Below, in pieces: positions 26,399-41,622 of a stretch of 64,000 nt of DNA. The notes under the pieces were generated by a model, which made no database searches, was not told the DNA's origin, and saw only the letters and a list, made by a program, of their open reading frames with translations. The DNA comes from Eledone cirrhosa. Taxonomy: Eukaryota. Positions within the stretch are counted from its first letter, which is position 1, and each line of letters begins with the position of its first letter. The position numbers and the translations under genes were made by a program. The stretch is from the NCBI GenBank assembly GCA_964016885.1, contig OZ024749.1, positions 9,362,001 to 9,426,000 of the forward strand, read 5' to 3'.

Positions 26399-26478
26399 TC
26401 ACCCACTGATGAGCAAGAATTGGTATTTCTATTCACAATTAATTAGTATTGCGAAACAGCAACAAGCTGTCTGGGTGA
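26399..26478 (+). ncRNA. Complete type I hammerhead ribozyme
   Basis: tcaccca-CTGATGA-gcaa...ttgc-GAAA-cagc aacaa gctg-TC-tgggtga. 7-bp stem I, G-C closing stem II, 5-bp stem III including the A-U pair, GUC cleavage after 26471. Confidence 0.88.
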
Positions 26479-26870
26479 TTGGTAGTTACCACAATTCCGG
26501 TTTGTATTTATTTTTTTGATTTTTTTCTTAAATTGAGACAAGCAAACCCTATAGTTAGTATTCTTTTCACCTTAGCGAATCTGGTCCCTTGCGATTTGAA
26601 CACATATATCTATATATCTGTGTTCCTTTTTCTTTTATATTCAATTATAATATTTGAAATTATATATTAAATTCCTTATGTACAGTTACTAGACACATCA
26701 TCGTGTTTATTATTATCAAGATTATCGTCATCGTCATCATCATCATCATGTTTATCATTGTCGTCATTATTGTCATCATCATCATTATCATCATCATCAT
26801 CATCATCATCATTATCATCATCATCATTATCATCATTGTATCATTATCACCATCATCATTCCATCATTAT

Positions 26871-27056
26871 GTGGAATGGCAGTATCGGTAGAGGGTCAGA
26901 CACCATGCTTTGAAGCATAGTTACCTCCCTTTATGATCTGAGTTCAAATCCCGCCGAGGTTAACTTTGCCTTTCATCCTTACGGGGGTCGATAAAATAAA
27001 GTACCAGTAATGCACTGGTTAATTGCTGGCCTTGTGCCAAAAGTAGAAACAATTAT
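26871..27056 (+). mobile_element. SINE family 1 copy within an (ATC)n tract
   Basis: Consensus match. Confidence 0.9.
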
Positions 27057-27800
27057 CATTATCATCATCATCATTATCATCATCACCATCGTCTCATTAT
27101 CATCATCATCATCATCATACCCATCATTGTCATTATCATCATCATCATCGCCATCATTTTCTCCTTCTCTTTCCCATTTTTATTATCATCATAATTCCCC
27201 ATTTCCACTTTCCTCATCTCTAACATCAACATCACCATCACCATCACCATCAACATCACCACTACAACCACTATTATCATCACCACTACCATCACCACCA
27301 CCACCATCAACATCCCCACCACCACCACCACTATCATCATCACCACCATCACCACCATAATCAACATCACCTCCACCATCATCATCACCACTACCATCAC
27401 CACCACCACCATCAGAATCCCCACCACCACCACCACCATCATCATCACCACTACCACCACCACCACCATCAACATCCCCACCACCACCACCATCATCATC
27501 ACCACCATAATCAACATCACCACCACCATCATCATCACCACTACCATCACCACCACCACCACCACCACCATCAACATCATCAACATCACCACCACCACCA
27601 CCACCACCATAATCAACATCAACACCACCATCATCATCACCACTACCACCACCACCATCAACGTCACCACCACCACCACCACCACCATCATCACCACCAC
27701 CACCATAATGAACATCACCACCACCATCATCATCACTACTACCACCACCACCACCACTATCAACGTCACCACAACCCCTACTACCATCATCACCATCATT
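27057..27800. repeat. (CAT/CAC)n low-complexity tract
   Basis: Direct inspection. Confidence 0.9.
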
Positions 27801-27886
27801 ATTGTTGGTACTATAACTTGGTTATATTTTAGGGACTTAATATATACCTATATATTTATATATATATATATACCAATATATATATA

Positions 27887-28357
27887 ACAGACCTCAGATC
27901 ATTGAAGCTCACGGTGGAGATGACGAGGGACCGTGACGAGTGGAGAGATGCTGTGCTGAATAAGACCCGTCCCACCCTTGCAAGCAGGGAAAAGCGGACG
28001 TAAAATGATGATGATGATGATGATGATATACCAATATATATATATATATATACCAATATATTTATATATATATATATACCAATATATATATATCACCTTG
28101 ACCGACCCGTCTGTCGGGCATCCATTCGGCGCTGCTGGTCACAGCACGTCGTGCTGTATTAGCCATAAGAGAACGCCATCGGACTGTCTGGCCGGGCAGG
28201 CCGGTACCTCTTCATCTCATTTCTACAGCTCAGTAAACTGGAGCAATGTGAAATAAAGTGTCTTGCTCAAGGAAACAACACATCACCCAGTCCGAGAATT
28301 GAACTCACAACATTTCAATTGCCAGCCCAATGCTCTAACCACTAAGCCATGCACCTT
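27887..28357. mobile_element. RTE 3' end (27887-28025, +) and SINE family 2 head (~28210-28357, -)
   Basis: RTE terminal DEWRDAVLNKTRPTL plus (GAT)n; SINE head matches the reverse complement of 20529-20665. Confidence 0.78.
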
Positions 28358-28359
28358 CA

Positions 28360-30214
<1,855 letters not shown>

Positions 30215-31018
30215 ATTAGTTTTGGGAGGTTTTTTATATGAAATCGTGTGTCGAAACAAATATTGTTATACTTGGGGAGGGTCATATTTGTGTAATATTG
30301 CCAGAATTAATAACAGAACACACTCACTGTTTGGTTGGTTTTCGCTTTTCGCTTCTGTCTTTTATATCGGTAATCTAATATACTCGGTCCTCAATGTTGC
30401 CATTGACTGACCGACGGTCAAAAATAATACAGATACAATATAGACACAAACACATATATATAGTTTATCATAAATCTTTCGTTGCACATCTGCAACATCG
30501 TCAGTGGTGCTATTGTTTCCTCAATAAAATAAAATAAATAAATAAATAAATACATACCCAAGCACAATAACAACAAACACATAAACACACATTAGTCACC
30601 CAATCACGAACACACATCACACATCAAACAAAACACTATACACACATGCAAACGCATGCGCAAAGAAGACAAATAAAATAAACAAACAAGCAAATAAATA
30701 AATAAATATATAGACAGACTGAATAAAAATGGCGTAGCCATACAATTCAACAGGAGGAAACAACAGCACCACTGACGATGTTGCAGATGTGCAACGAAAG
30801 AACTTTGATAAACTATATATATGTGTTTGTGTCTATATTGTATCTGTATTATTTTTGACCGTCGGTCAGTCAATGGCAACATTGAGGACCGAGTATATTA
30901 GATTACCGATATAAAAGACACTGAAGCGAAAAGCGAAAACCAACCAAACAGTGAGTGTGTTCTGTTATTAATTCTGGCAATATTACACAAATATGACCCT
31001 CCCCAAGTATAACAATAT
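30215..31018. mobile_element. Non-coding PLE derivative C: ~263 bp inverted arms (30260-30522 / 30754-31018), 45-bp tail, a hammerhead in each arm
   Basis: Arms are near-perfect reverse complements; HHR motifs at 30467-30508 (-) and 30768-30809 (+); terminus shared with PLE B. Confidence 0.85.
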
Positions 31019-31133
31019 ATATGTATATATATATATATATACCAATATATATATATATACCAATATATATATATATAACAATATATATACCAATATATAT
31101 ATATATACGAATATATAAATACCAATATATGTT

Positions 31134-31183
<50 letters not shown>

Positions 31184-31421
31184 AATCAGTGACCATATTG
31201 AGAAGATATGTCACGCTACTTAAACATCACTCCATTAAATGATATGTATATTGTCAGATTTAATGTCTAATTTCTGCTCTTATATTAACAAATCTCATAT
31301 GATAACAGCATCCCACACCTAGATTTAATTTACTATCCCTTACCTGTATATATTAATTATATATATTAAATCTTACTAAGCTTTACCACATAAAACCACA
31401 TTATAGGTTGTAGTTTATGTA

Positions 31422-34400
31422 GGTCAAAGGAAGAGGCTGTAATATATAGAAGGTATTGTTGGTCAAAGTAAGAGGCTGTAATATATAGAAGGTATTGTTG
31501 GTCAAAGGAAGAGGCTGTAATATATAGAAGGTATTGTTGGTCAAAGGAAGAGGCTGTAATATATAGAAGGTATTGTTGGTCAAAGGAAGAGGCTGTAATA
31601 TATAGAAGGTATTGTTGGTCAAAGGAGTGGCTGTAATATATAGAAGGTATTGTTGGTCAAAGGAAGAGGCTGTAATATATAGAAGGTATGTTGGTCAATG
31701 TAAGAGGCTGTAATATATAGAAGGTATTGTTGGTCAAAGGAGTGGCTGTAATATATAGAAGGCATTGTTGGTCAAAGGAAATGGCTGTAATATATAGAAG
31801 GTATTGTTGGTCAAAGGAAGAGGCTGTAATATATAGAAGGTATTGTTGGTCAAAGGAAGAGGCTGTAATATATAGAAGGTATTGTTGGTCAAAGTAAGAG
31901 GCTGTAATATATAGAAGGTATTGTTGGTCAAAGGAGTGGCTGTAAATAAATATAAGGTATTGTTGGTCAAAGGAAGAGGCTGTAATATATAGAAGGTATT
32001 GTTGGTCAAAGGAGTGGCTATAATATATAGAAGGTATTGTTGGTCAAAGGAAGAGGCTGTAATATATAGAAGGTATTGTTGGTCAAAGTAAGAGGCTGTA
32101 ATATATAGAAGGTATTGTTGGTCAAAGGAGTGGCTGTAATATATAGAAGGTATTGTTGGTCAAAGTAAGAGGCTGTAATATATATAAGGTATTGTTGGTC
32201 AAAGGAGTGGCTGTAATATATAGAAGGTATTGTTGGTCAAAGGAAGAGGCTGTAATATATAGAAGGTATTGTTGGTCAAAGGAAGAGGCTGTAATATATA
32301 GAAGGTATTGTTGGTCAAAGGAAGAGGCTGTAATATATAGAAGGTATTGTTGGTCAAAGGAAGAGGCTGTAATATATAGAAGGTATTGTTGGGCAAAAGA
32401 AGAAGCTGTAATATATAGAAGGTATTGTTGGTCAAAGGAGTGGCTGTAATATATAGAAGGTATTGTTGGTCAAAGGAAGAGGCTGTAATATATATAAGGT
32501 ATTGTTGGTGAAAGGAAGAGGCTGTAATATATAGAAGGTATTGTTGGTCAAAGGAGTGTCTGTAATATATAGAAGGTATTGTTGGTCAAAGGAGTGACTG
32601 TAATATATAGAAGGTATTGTTGGTCAAAGGAGTGGCCGTAATATATAGAAGGTATTGTTGGTCAAAGGAGTGGCTGTAATATATAGAAGGTATTGTTGGT
32701 CAAAGGAAGAGGCTGTAATATATAGAAGGTATTGTTGGTCAAAGGAGTGGCTGTAATATATAGAAGGTATTGTTGGTCAAAGGAGTGGCTATAATATATA
32801 GAAGGTATTGTTGGTCAAAGGAGTGGCTGTAATATATAGAAGGTATTGTTGGTCAAAGGAGAGGCTGTAATATATAGAAGGTATTGTTGGTCAAAGGAAG
32901 AGGCTGTAATATATAGAAGGTATTGTTAGTCAAATGAAGTTGCTGTAATATATAGAAGGTATTATTGGTCAAAGGAAGAGGCTGTAATATATAGAAGGTA
33001 TTGTTGGTCAAAGGAAGAGGCTGTAATATACAGAAGGTATTGTTGGTCAAAGGAAGAGGCTGTAATATATAGAAGGTATTGTTGGTCAAAGGAAGAGGCT
33101 GTAATATATAGAAGGTATTGTTGGTCAAAGGAGTGGCTGTAATATATAGAAGGTATTGTTGGTCAAAGTAAGAGGCTGTAATATATAGAAGGTATTGTTG
33201 GTCAAAGGAGTGGCTGTAAATAAATATAAGGTATTGTTGGTCAAAGGAAGAGGCTGTAATATATAGAAGGTATTGTTGGTCAAAGGAGTGGCTATAATAT
33301 ATAGAAGGTATTGTTGGTCAAAGGAAGAGGCTGTAATATATAGAAGGTATTGTTGGTCAAAGTAAGAGGCTGTAATATATAGAAGGTATTGTTGGTCAAA
33401 GGAGTGGCTGTAATATATAGAAGGTATTGTTGGTCAAAGTAAGAGGCTGTAATATATATAAGGTATTGTTGGTCAAAGGAGTGGCTGTAATATATAGAAG
33501 GTATTGTTGGTCAAAGGAAGAGGCTGTAATATATAGAAGGTATTGTTGGTCAAAGGAAGAGGCTGTAATATATAGAAGGTATTGTTGGTCAAAGGAAGAG
33601 GCTGTAATATATAGAAGGTATTGTTGGTCAAAGGAAGAGGCTGTAATATATAGAAGGTATTGTTGGGCAAAAGAAGAGGCTGTAATATATAGAAGGTATT
33701 GTTGGTCAAAGGAGTGGCTGTAATATATAGAAGGTATTGTTGGTCAAAGGAAGAGGCTGTAATATATATAATGTATTGTTGGTGAAAGGAAGAGGCTGTA
33801 ATATATAGAAGGTATTGTTGGTCAAAGGAGTGTCTGTAATATATAGAAGGTATTGTTGGTCAAAGGAGTGACTGTAATATATAGAAGGTATTGTTGGTCA
33901 AAGGAGTGGCCGTAATATATAGAAGGTATTGTTGGTCAAAGGAGTGGCTGTAATATATAGAAGGTATTGTTGGTCAAAGGAAGAGGCTGTAATATATAGA
34001 AGGTATTGTTGGTCAAAGGAGTGGCTGTAATATATAGAAGGTATTGTTGGTCAAAGGAGTGGCTATAATATATAGAAGGTATTGTTGGTCAAAGGAGTGG
34101 CTGTAATATATAGAAGGTATTGTTGGTCAAAGGAGAGGCTGTAATATATAGAAGGTATTGTTGGTCAAAGGAAGAGGCTGTAATATATAGAAGGTATTGT
34201 TAGTCAAATGAAGTTGCTGTAATATATAGAAGGTATTATTGGTCAAAGGAAGAGGCTGTAATATATAGAAGGTATTGTTGGTCAAAGGAAGAGGCTGTAA
34301 TATACAGAAGGTATTGTTGGTCAAAGGAAGAGGCTGTAATATATAGAAGGTATTGTTGGTCAAAGGAAGAGGCTGTAATATATAGAAGGTATTGTTGGTC

Positions 34401-37400
34401 AAAGGAGTGGCTGTAATATATAGAAGGTATTGTTGGTCAAAGGAAGAGGCTGTAATATATAGAAGGTATTGTTGGTCAAAGGAAGAGGCTGTAGTATATA
34501 GACGGTATTGTTGGTAAAAGGAAGAGGCTGTAGTATATATAAGGTATTGTTTGTCAAAGAAAGAGGCTGTAATATATAGAAGGTATTGTTGGTCAAAGGA
34601 GTGGCTGTAATATATAGAAGGTATTGTTGGTCAAAGGAGTGGCTGTAATATATAGAAAGGTATTGTTGGTCAAAGGAAGAGGCTGTAATATATAGAAGGT
34701 ATTGTTGGTCAAAGGAAGAGGCTGTAATATATAGAAGGTATTGTTGGTCAAAGGAAGAGGCTGTAATATATAGAAGGTATTGTTGGTCAAAGGAAGAGGC
34801 TGTAATATATAGAAGGTATTGTTGGTCAAAGGAAGAGGCTGTAATATATAGAAAGGTATTGTTGGTCAAAGGAGTGGCTGTAATATATAGAGGGTATTGG
34901 TCAAAGGAAGAGGCTGTAATATATAGAAGGTATTGTTGGTCAAAGGAGTGGCTGTAATATATAGAAGGTATTGTTGTTCAAAGGAAGTGGCTGTAATATA
35001 TAGAAGGTATTGTTGGTCAAAGGAGTGGCTGTAATATATAGGTATTGTTGGTCAAAGGAAGTGGCTGTAATATATAGAAGGTATTGTTGGTCAAAGGAGT
35101 GGCTGTAATATATAGAAGGTATTGTTGGTCAAAGGAAGTGGCTGTAATATATAGAAGGTATTGTTGTTCAAAGTAAGTGGCTGTAATATATAGAAGGTAT
35201 TGTTGGTCAAAGGAAGTGGCTGTAATATATAGAAGGTATTGTTGGTCAAAGGAAGAGGCTGTAATATATAGAAGGTATTGTTGGTCAAAGGAAGAGGCTG
35301 TAATATATAGAAGGTATTGTTGGTCAAAGGAAGAGGCTGTAATATATAGAAGGTATTGTTGGTGAAAGGAAGAGGCTGTAATATATAGAAGGTATTGTTG
35401 GTCAAAGGAAGAGGCTGTAATATATAGATGGTATTGTTGGTCAAAGGAAGAGGCTGTAATATATAGAAGGTATTGTTGGTCAAAGGAAGAGACTGTAATA
35501 TATAGAAGGTATTGTTGGTCAAAGGAAGAGACTGTAATATATAGAAGGTATTGTTGGTCAAAGGAAGAGACTGTAATATATAGACGGTATTGTTGGTCAA
35601 AGGAGAGACTGTAATACATAGAAGGTATTGTTGGTCAAAGTAAGAGGCTGTAATATATATAAGGTATTGTTGGTCAAAGGAGTGGCTGTAATATATAGAA
35701 GGTATTGTTGGTCAAAGGAAGAGGCTGTAATATATAGAAGGTATTGTTGGTCAAAGGAAGAGGCTGTAATATATAGAAGGTATTGTTGGTCAAAGGAAGA
35801 GGCTGTAATATATAGAAGGTATTGTTGGTCAAAGGAAGAGGCTGTAATATATAGAAGGTATTGTTGGGCAAAAGAAGAGGCTGTAATATATAGAAGGTAT
35901 TGTTGGTCAAAGGAGTGGCTGTAATATATAGAAGGTATTGTTGGTCAAAGGAAGAGGCTGTAATATATATAAGGTATTGTTGGTGAAAGGAAGAGGCTGT
36001 AATATATAGAAGGTATTGTTGGTCAAAGGAGTGTCTGTAATATATAGAAGGTATTGTTGGTCAAAGGAGTGACTGTAATATATAGAAGGTATTGTTGGTC
36101 AAAGGAGTGGCCGTAATATATAGAAGGTATTGTTGGTCAAAGGAGTGGCTGTAATATATAGAAGGTATTGTTGGTCAAAGGAAGAGGCTGTAATATATAG
36201 AAGGTATTGTTGGTCAAAGGAGTGGCTGTAATATATAGAAGGTATTGTTGGTCAAAGGAGTGGCTATAATATATAGAAGGTATTGTTGGTCAAAGGAGTG
36301 GCTGTAATATATAGAAGGTATTGTTGGTCAAAGGAGAGGCTGTAATATATAGAAGGTATTGTTGGTCAAAGGAAGAGGCTGTAATATATAGAAGGTATTG
36401 TTAGTCAAATGAAGTTGCTGTAATATATAGAAGGTATTATTGGTCAAAGGAAGAGGCTGTAATATATAGAAGGTATTGTTGGTCAAAGGAAGAGGCTGTA
36501 ATATACAGAAGGTATTGTTGGTCAAAGGAAGAGGCTGTAATATATAGAAGGTATTGTTGGTCAAAGGAAGAGGCTGTAATATATAGAAGGTATTGTTGGT
36601 CAAAGGAGTGGCTGTAATATATAGAAGGTATTGTTGGTCAAAGTAAGAGGCTGTAATATATAGAAGGTATTGTTGGTCAAAGGAGTGGCTGTAAATAAAT
36701 ATAAGGTATTGTTGGTCAAAGGAAGAGGCTGTAATATATAGAAGGTATTGTTGGTCAAAGGAGTGGCTATAATATATAGAAGGTATTGTTGGTCAAAGGA
36801 AGAGGCTGTAATATATAGAAGGTATTGTTGGTCAAAGTAAGAGGCTGTAATATATAGAAGGTATTGTTGGTCAAAGGAGTGGCTGTAATATATAGAAGGT
36901 ATTGTTGGTCAAAGTAAGAGGCTGTAATATATATAAGGTATTGTTGGTCAAAGGAGTGGCTGTAATATATAGAAGGTATTGTTGGTCAAAGGAAGAGGCT
37001 GTAATATATAGAAGGTATTGTTGGTCAAAGGAAGAGGCTGTAATATATAGAAGGTATTGTTGGTCAAAGGAAGAGGCTGTAATATATAGAAGGTATTGTT
37101 GGTCAAAGGAAGAGGCTGTAATATATAGAAGGTATTGTTGGGCAAAAGAAGAGGCTGTAATATATAGAAGGTATTGTTGGTCAAAGGAGTGGCTGTAATA
37201 TATAGAAGGTATTGTTGGTCAAAGGAAGAGGCTGTAATATATATAAGATATTGTTGGTGAAAGGAAGAGGCTGTAATATATAGAAGGTATTGTTGGTCAA
37301 AGGAGTGTCTGTAATATATAGAAGGTATTGTTGGTCAAAGGAGTGACTGTAATATATAGAAGGTATTGTTGGTCAAAGGAGTGGCCGTAATATATAGAAG

Positions 37401-40400
37401 GTATTGTTGGTCAAAGGAGTGGCTGTAATATATAGAAGGTATTGTTGGTCAAAGGAAGAGGCTGTAATATATAGAAGGTATTGTTGGTCAAAGGAGTGGC
37501 TGTAATATATAGAAGGTATTGTTGGTCAAAGGAGTGGCTATAATATATAGAAGGTATTGTTGGTCAAAGGAGTGGCTGTAATATATAGAAGGTATTGTTG
37601 GTCAAAGGAGAGGCTGTAATATATAGAAGGTATTGTTGGTCAAAGGAAGAGGCTGTAATATATAGAAGGTATTGTTAGTCAAATGAAGTTGCTGTAATAT
37701 ATAGAAGGTATTATTGGTCAAAGGAAGAGGCTGTAATATATAGAAGGTATTGTTGGTCAAAGGAAGAGGCTGTAATATACAGAAGGTATTGTTGGTCAAA
37801 GGAAGAGGCTGTAATATATAGAAGGTATTGTTGGTCAAAGGAAGAGGCTGTAATATATAGAAGGTATTGTTGGTCAAAGGAGTGGCTGTAATATATAGAA
37901 GGTATTGTTGGTCAAAGGAAGAGGCTGTAATATATAGAAGGTATTGTTGGTCAAAGGAAGAGGCTGTAGTATATATAAGGTATTGTTGGTAAAAGGAAGA
38001 GGCTGTAGTATATATAAGGTATTGTTTGTCAAACAAAGAGGCTGTAATATATAGAAGGTATTGTTGGTCAAAGGAGTGGCTGTAATATATAGAAGGTATT
38101 GTTGGTCAAAGGAGTGGCTGTAATATATAGAAAGGTATTGTTGGTCAAAGGAAGAGGCTGTAATATATAGAAGGTATTGTTGGTCAAAGGAAGAGGCTGT
38201 AATATATAGAAGGTATTGTTGGTCAAAGGAAGAGGCTGTAATATATAGAAGGTATTGTTGGTCAAAGGAAGAGGCTGTAATATATAGAAGGTATTGTTGG
38301 TCAAAGGAAGAGGCTGTAATATATAGAAAGGTATTGTTGGTCAAAGGAGTGGCTGTAATATATAGAGGGTATTGGTCAAAGGAAGAGGCTGTAATATATA
38401 GAAGGTATTGTTGGTCAAAGGAGTGGCTGTAATATATAGAAGGTATTGTTGTTCAAAGGAAGTGGCTGTAATATATAGAAGGTATTGTTGGTCAAAGGAG
38501 TGGCTGTAATATATAGGTATTGTTGGTCAAAGGAAGTGGCTGTAATATATAGAAGGTATTGTTGGTCAAAGGAGTGGCTGTAATATATAGAAGGTATTGT
38601 TGGTCAAAGGAAGTGGCTGTAATATATAGAAGGTATTGTTGTTCAAAGTAAGTGGCTGTAATATATAGAAGGTATTGTTGGTCAAAGGAAGTGGCTGTAA
38701 TATATAGAAGGTATTGTTGGTCAAAGGAAGAGGCTGTAATATATAGAAGGTATTGTTGGTCAAAGGAAGAGGCTGTAATATATAGAAGGTATTGTTGGTC
38801 AAAGGAAGAGGCTGTAATATATAGAAGGTATTGTTGGTCAAAGGAAGAGGCTGTAATATATAGAAGGTATTGTTGGTCAAAGGAAGAGGCTGTAATATAT
38901 AGATGGTATTGTTGGTCAAAGGAAGAGGCTGTAATATATAGAAGGTATTGTTGGTCAAAGGAAGAGACTGTAATATATAGAAGGTATTGTTGGTCAAAGG
39001 AAGAGACTGTAATATATAGAAGGTATTGTTGGTCAAAGGAAGAGACTGTAATATATAGACGGTATTGTTGGTCAAAGGAGAGACTGTAATACATAGAAGG
39101 TATTGTTGGTCAAAGGAGTGGCTGTAATATATAGAAGGTATTGTTGATCAAAGGAAGAGACTGTAATATATAGAAGGTATTGTTGGTCAAAGGAAGAGGC
39201 TGTAATATATAGAAGGTATTGTTGGTCAAAGGAGTGGCTGTAATATATAGAAGGTATTGCTGGTCAAAGGAAGAGACTGTAATATATAGAAGGTATTGTT
39301 GGTCAAAGGAAGAGGCTGTAATATATATAGAAGGTATTGTTGGTCAAAGGAAGAGACTGTAATATATAGAAGGTATTGTTGGTCAAAGGAGTGGCTGTAA
39401 TATATAGTAGGTATTGTTGGTTAAAGGAGTGGCTGTAATATATAGAAGGTATTGTCGGTCAAAGGAGTGGCTGTAATATATAGAAAGGTATTGTTGGTCA
39501 GAGGAAGAGGCTGTAATATATAGAAGGTATTGTTGGTCAAAGGAAGAGGCTGTAATATATAGAAGGTATTGTTGGTCAAAGGAGTGGCTGTAATATATAG
39601 AAGGTATTGTTGGTCAAAGGAGTGACTGTAATATATAGAAGGTATTGTCGGTCAAAGCAAGAGGCTGTAATATATAGAAGCTATTGTTGGTCAAAGGAGT
39701 GACTGTAATATATAGAAGGTATTGTTGGTCAAAGGAAGAGGCTGTAATATATAGAAGGTATTGTTGGTCAAAGGAAGAGTGTGTAATATATAGAAGGTAT
39801 TGTTGGTCAAAGGAAGAGGCTGTAATATATAGAAGGTATTGTTGGTCAAAGGAAGAGGCTGTAATATATAGAAGGTATTGTTGGTCAAAGGAGTGGCTGT
39901 AATATATAGAAGGTATTGTTGGTCAAAGGAAGAGGCTGTAATATATAGAAGGTATTGTTGGTCAAAGGAGTGGCTGTAATATATAGAAGGTATTGTTGGT
40001 CAAAGGAGGAGGCTGTAATATATAGAAGGTATTGTTGGTCAAGGGAAGAGGCTGTAATATATAGAAGGTATTGTTGGTCAAAGGAGTGACTGTAATATAT
40101 AGAAGGTATTGTCGGTCAAAGGAAGAGGCTGTAATATATAGAAGCTATTGTTGGTCAAAGGAGTGACTGTAATATATAGAAGGTATTGTTTGTCAAAGGA
40201 GTGGCTGTAATATATAGAAGGTATTGTTGGTCAAAGGAAGAGGCTGTAATATATAGAAGGTATCTTTGGTCAAAGGAAGAGGCTGTAATATATAGAAGGT
40301 ATTGTTGGTCAAAGGGAGAGGCTGTAATATATAGAAGGTATTATTGGTCAAAGGAGTGGCTGTAATATATAGAAGGTATTGTTGGTCAAAGGGAGAGACT

Positions 40401-40980
40401 GTAATATATAGAAGGTATTGTTGGTCAAAGGGAGAGGCTGTAATATATAGAAGGTATTGTTGGTCAAAGGAGTGGCTGTAATATATAGAAGGTATCGTTG
40501 GTCAAAGGAGTGGCTGTAATATATAGAATGCATTGTTGGTCAAAGGAAGAGGCTGTAATATATAGAAGGTATTGTTGGTCAAAGGAGTGGCTGTAATATA
40601 TAGAAGGTATTGTTGGTCAAAGGAGTGGCTGTAATATATAGAAGGTATTGTTGGTCAAAGGAGTGGCTGTAATATATAGAAGGTATTGTTGGTCAAAGGA
40701 AGAGGCTGTAATATATAGAAGGTATTGTTGGTCAAAGGAGTGGCTGTAATATATAGAAGGTATTGTTGGTCAAAGGAGTGGCTGTAATATATAGAAGGTA
40801 TTGTTGGTCAAAGGAGTGGCTGTAATATATAGAAGGTATTGTTGGTCAAAGGAAGAGGCTGTAATATATAGAAGGTATTGTTGGTCAAAGGAGTGGCTGT
40901 AATATATAGAAGGTATTGTTGGTCAAAGGAGTGGCTGTAATATATAGAAGGTATTGTTGGTCAAAGTAGAAGCTGTAATT
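31422..40980. repeat. ~9.5 kb minisatellite of 38/39-bp units (GGTCAAAGGAAGAGGCTGTAATATATAGAAGGTATTGTT / ...GGAGTGGC...), roughly 245 copies
   Basis: Direct inspection; higher-order periods of 1274 and 3475 bp. Confidence 0.98.
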
Positions 40981-41379
40981 TACAAAATGTATATTTGGCC
41001 AAATTAGAAGCTGTAATTTATGGATGATTCGCATGCCAGACCTGTGGTTAGACACCAACAACAACAACAACAACAACATACAAATGAAATCAAGTCCAAC
41101 GATTCTTAAATCTGATATTATTAATTAATTTAAGTTACTTTCAATGAGATATTCCTGAAAATAATTAATTAATTAATTAATTAATTAATTAATGCCAACA
41201 TCAATAATACAGCATAGATTTTCACTGAAAGCTCACTGTTACAACAGTTTTTATGTTACTGTTTTGTTTTTAAACTAATTTTCATGTAAGAAACTAAATG
41301 AAAATTGAAGAAATATCTGTCTAAATAAATAAGAAATAAATGGAAAATAGAAAAGAATATCCTTTAAGACAATTTGTCT

Positions 41380-41622
41380 TTTTGTATGGTTACTTGACGG
41401 AACGGGCCATACCCTTGACATTTTTGTATGGCTACTTGAAGGAAGGGGCTGTACCCTTGACACTTTTGTATGGCTACTTGATGAAGGAAAGGGCCATACC
41501 CTTGACATTTTTGTATGGCTATTTGGGGCAGGAAAGGGCTGTACCCTTGACATTTTTGTATGGCTATTTGGTGCAGGAAAGGGTCGTACCCTTGAGATAT
41601 TTGTATGGCTATTTGGGGCAAG
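41380..41622. repeat. ~6 copies of a 39-42 bp minisatellite (TTTGTATGGCTAYTTG...GGGCYRTACCCTTGACA)
   Basis: Direct inspection. Confidence 0.9.
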
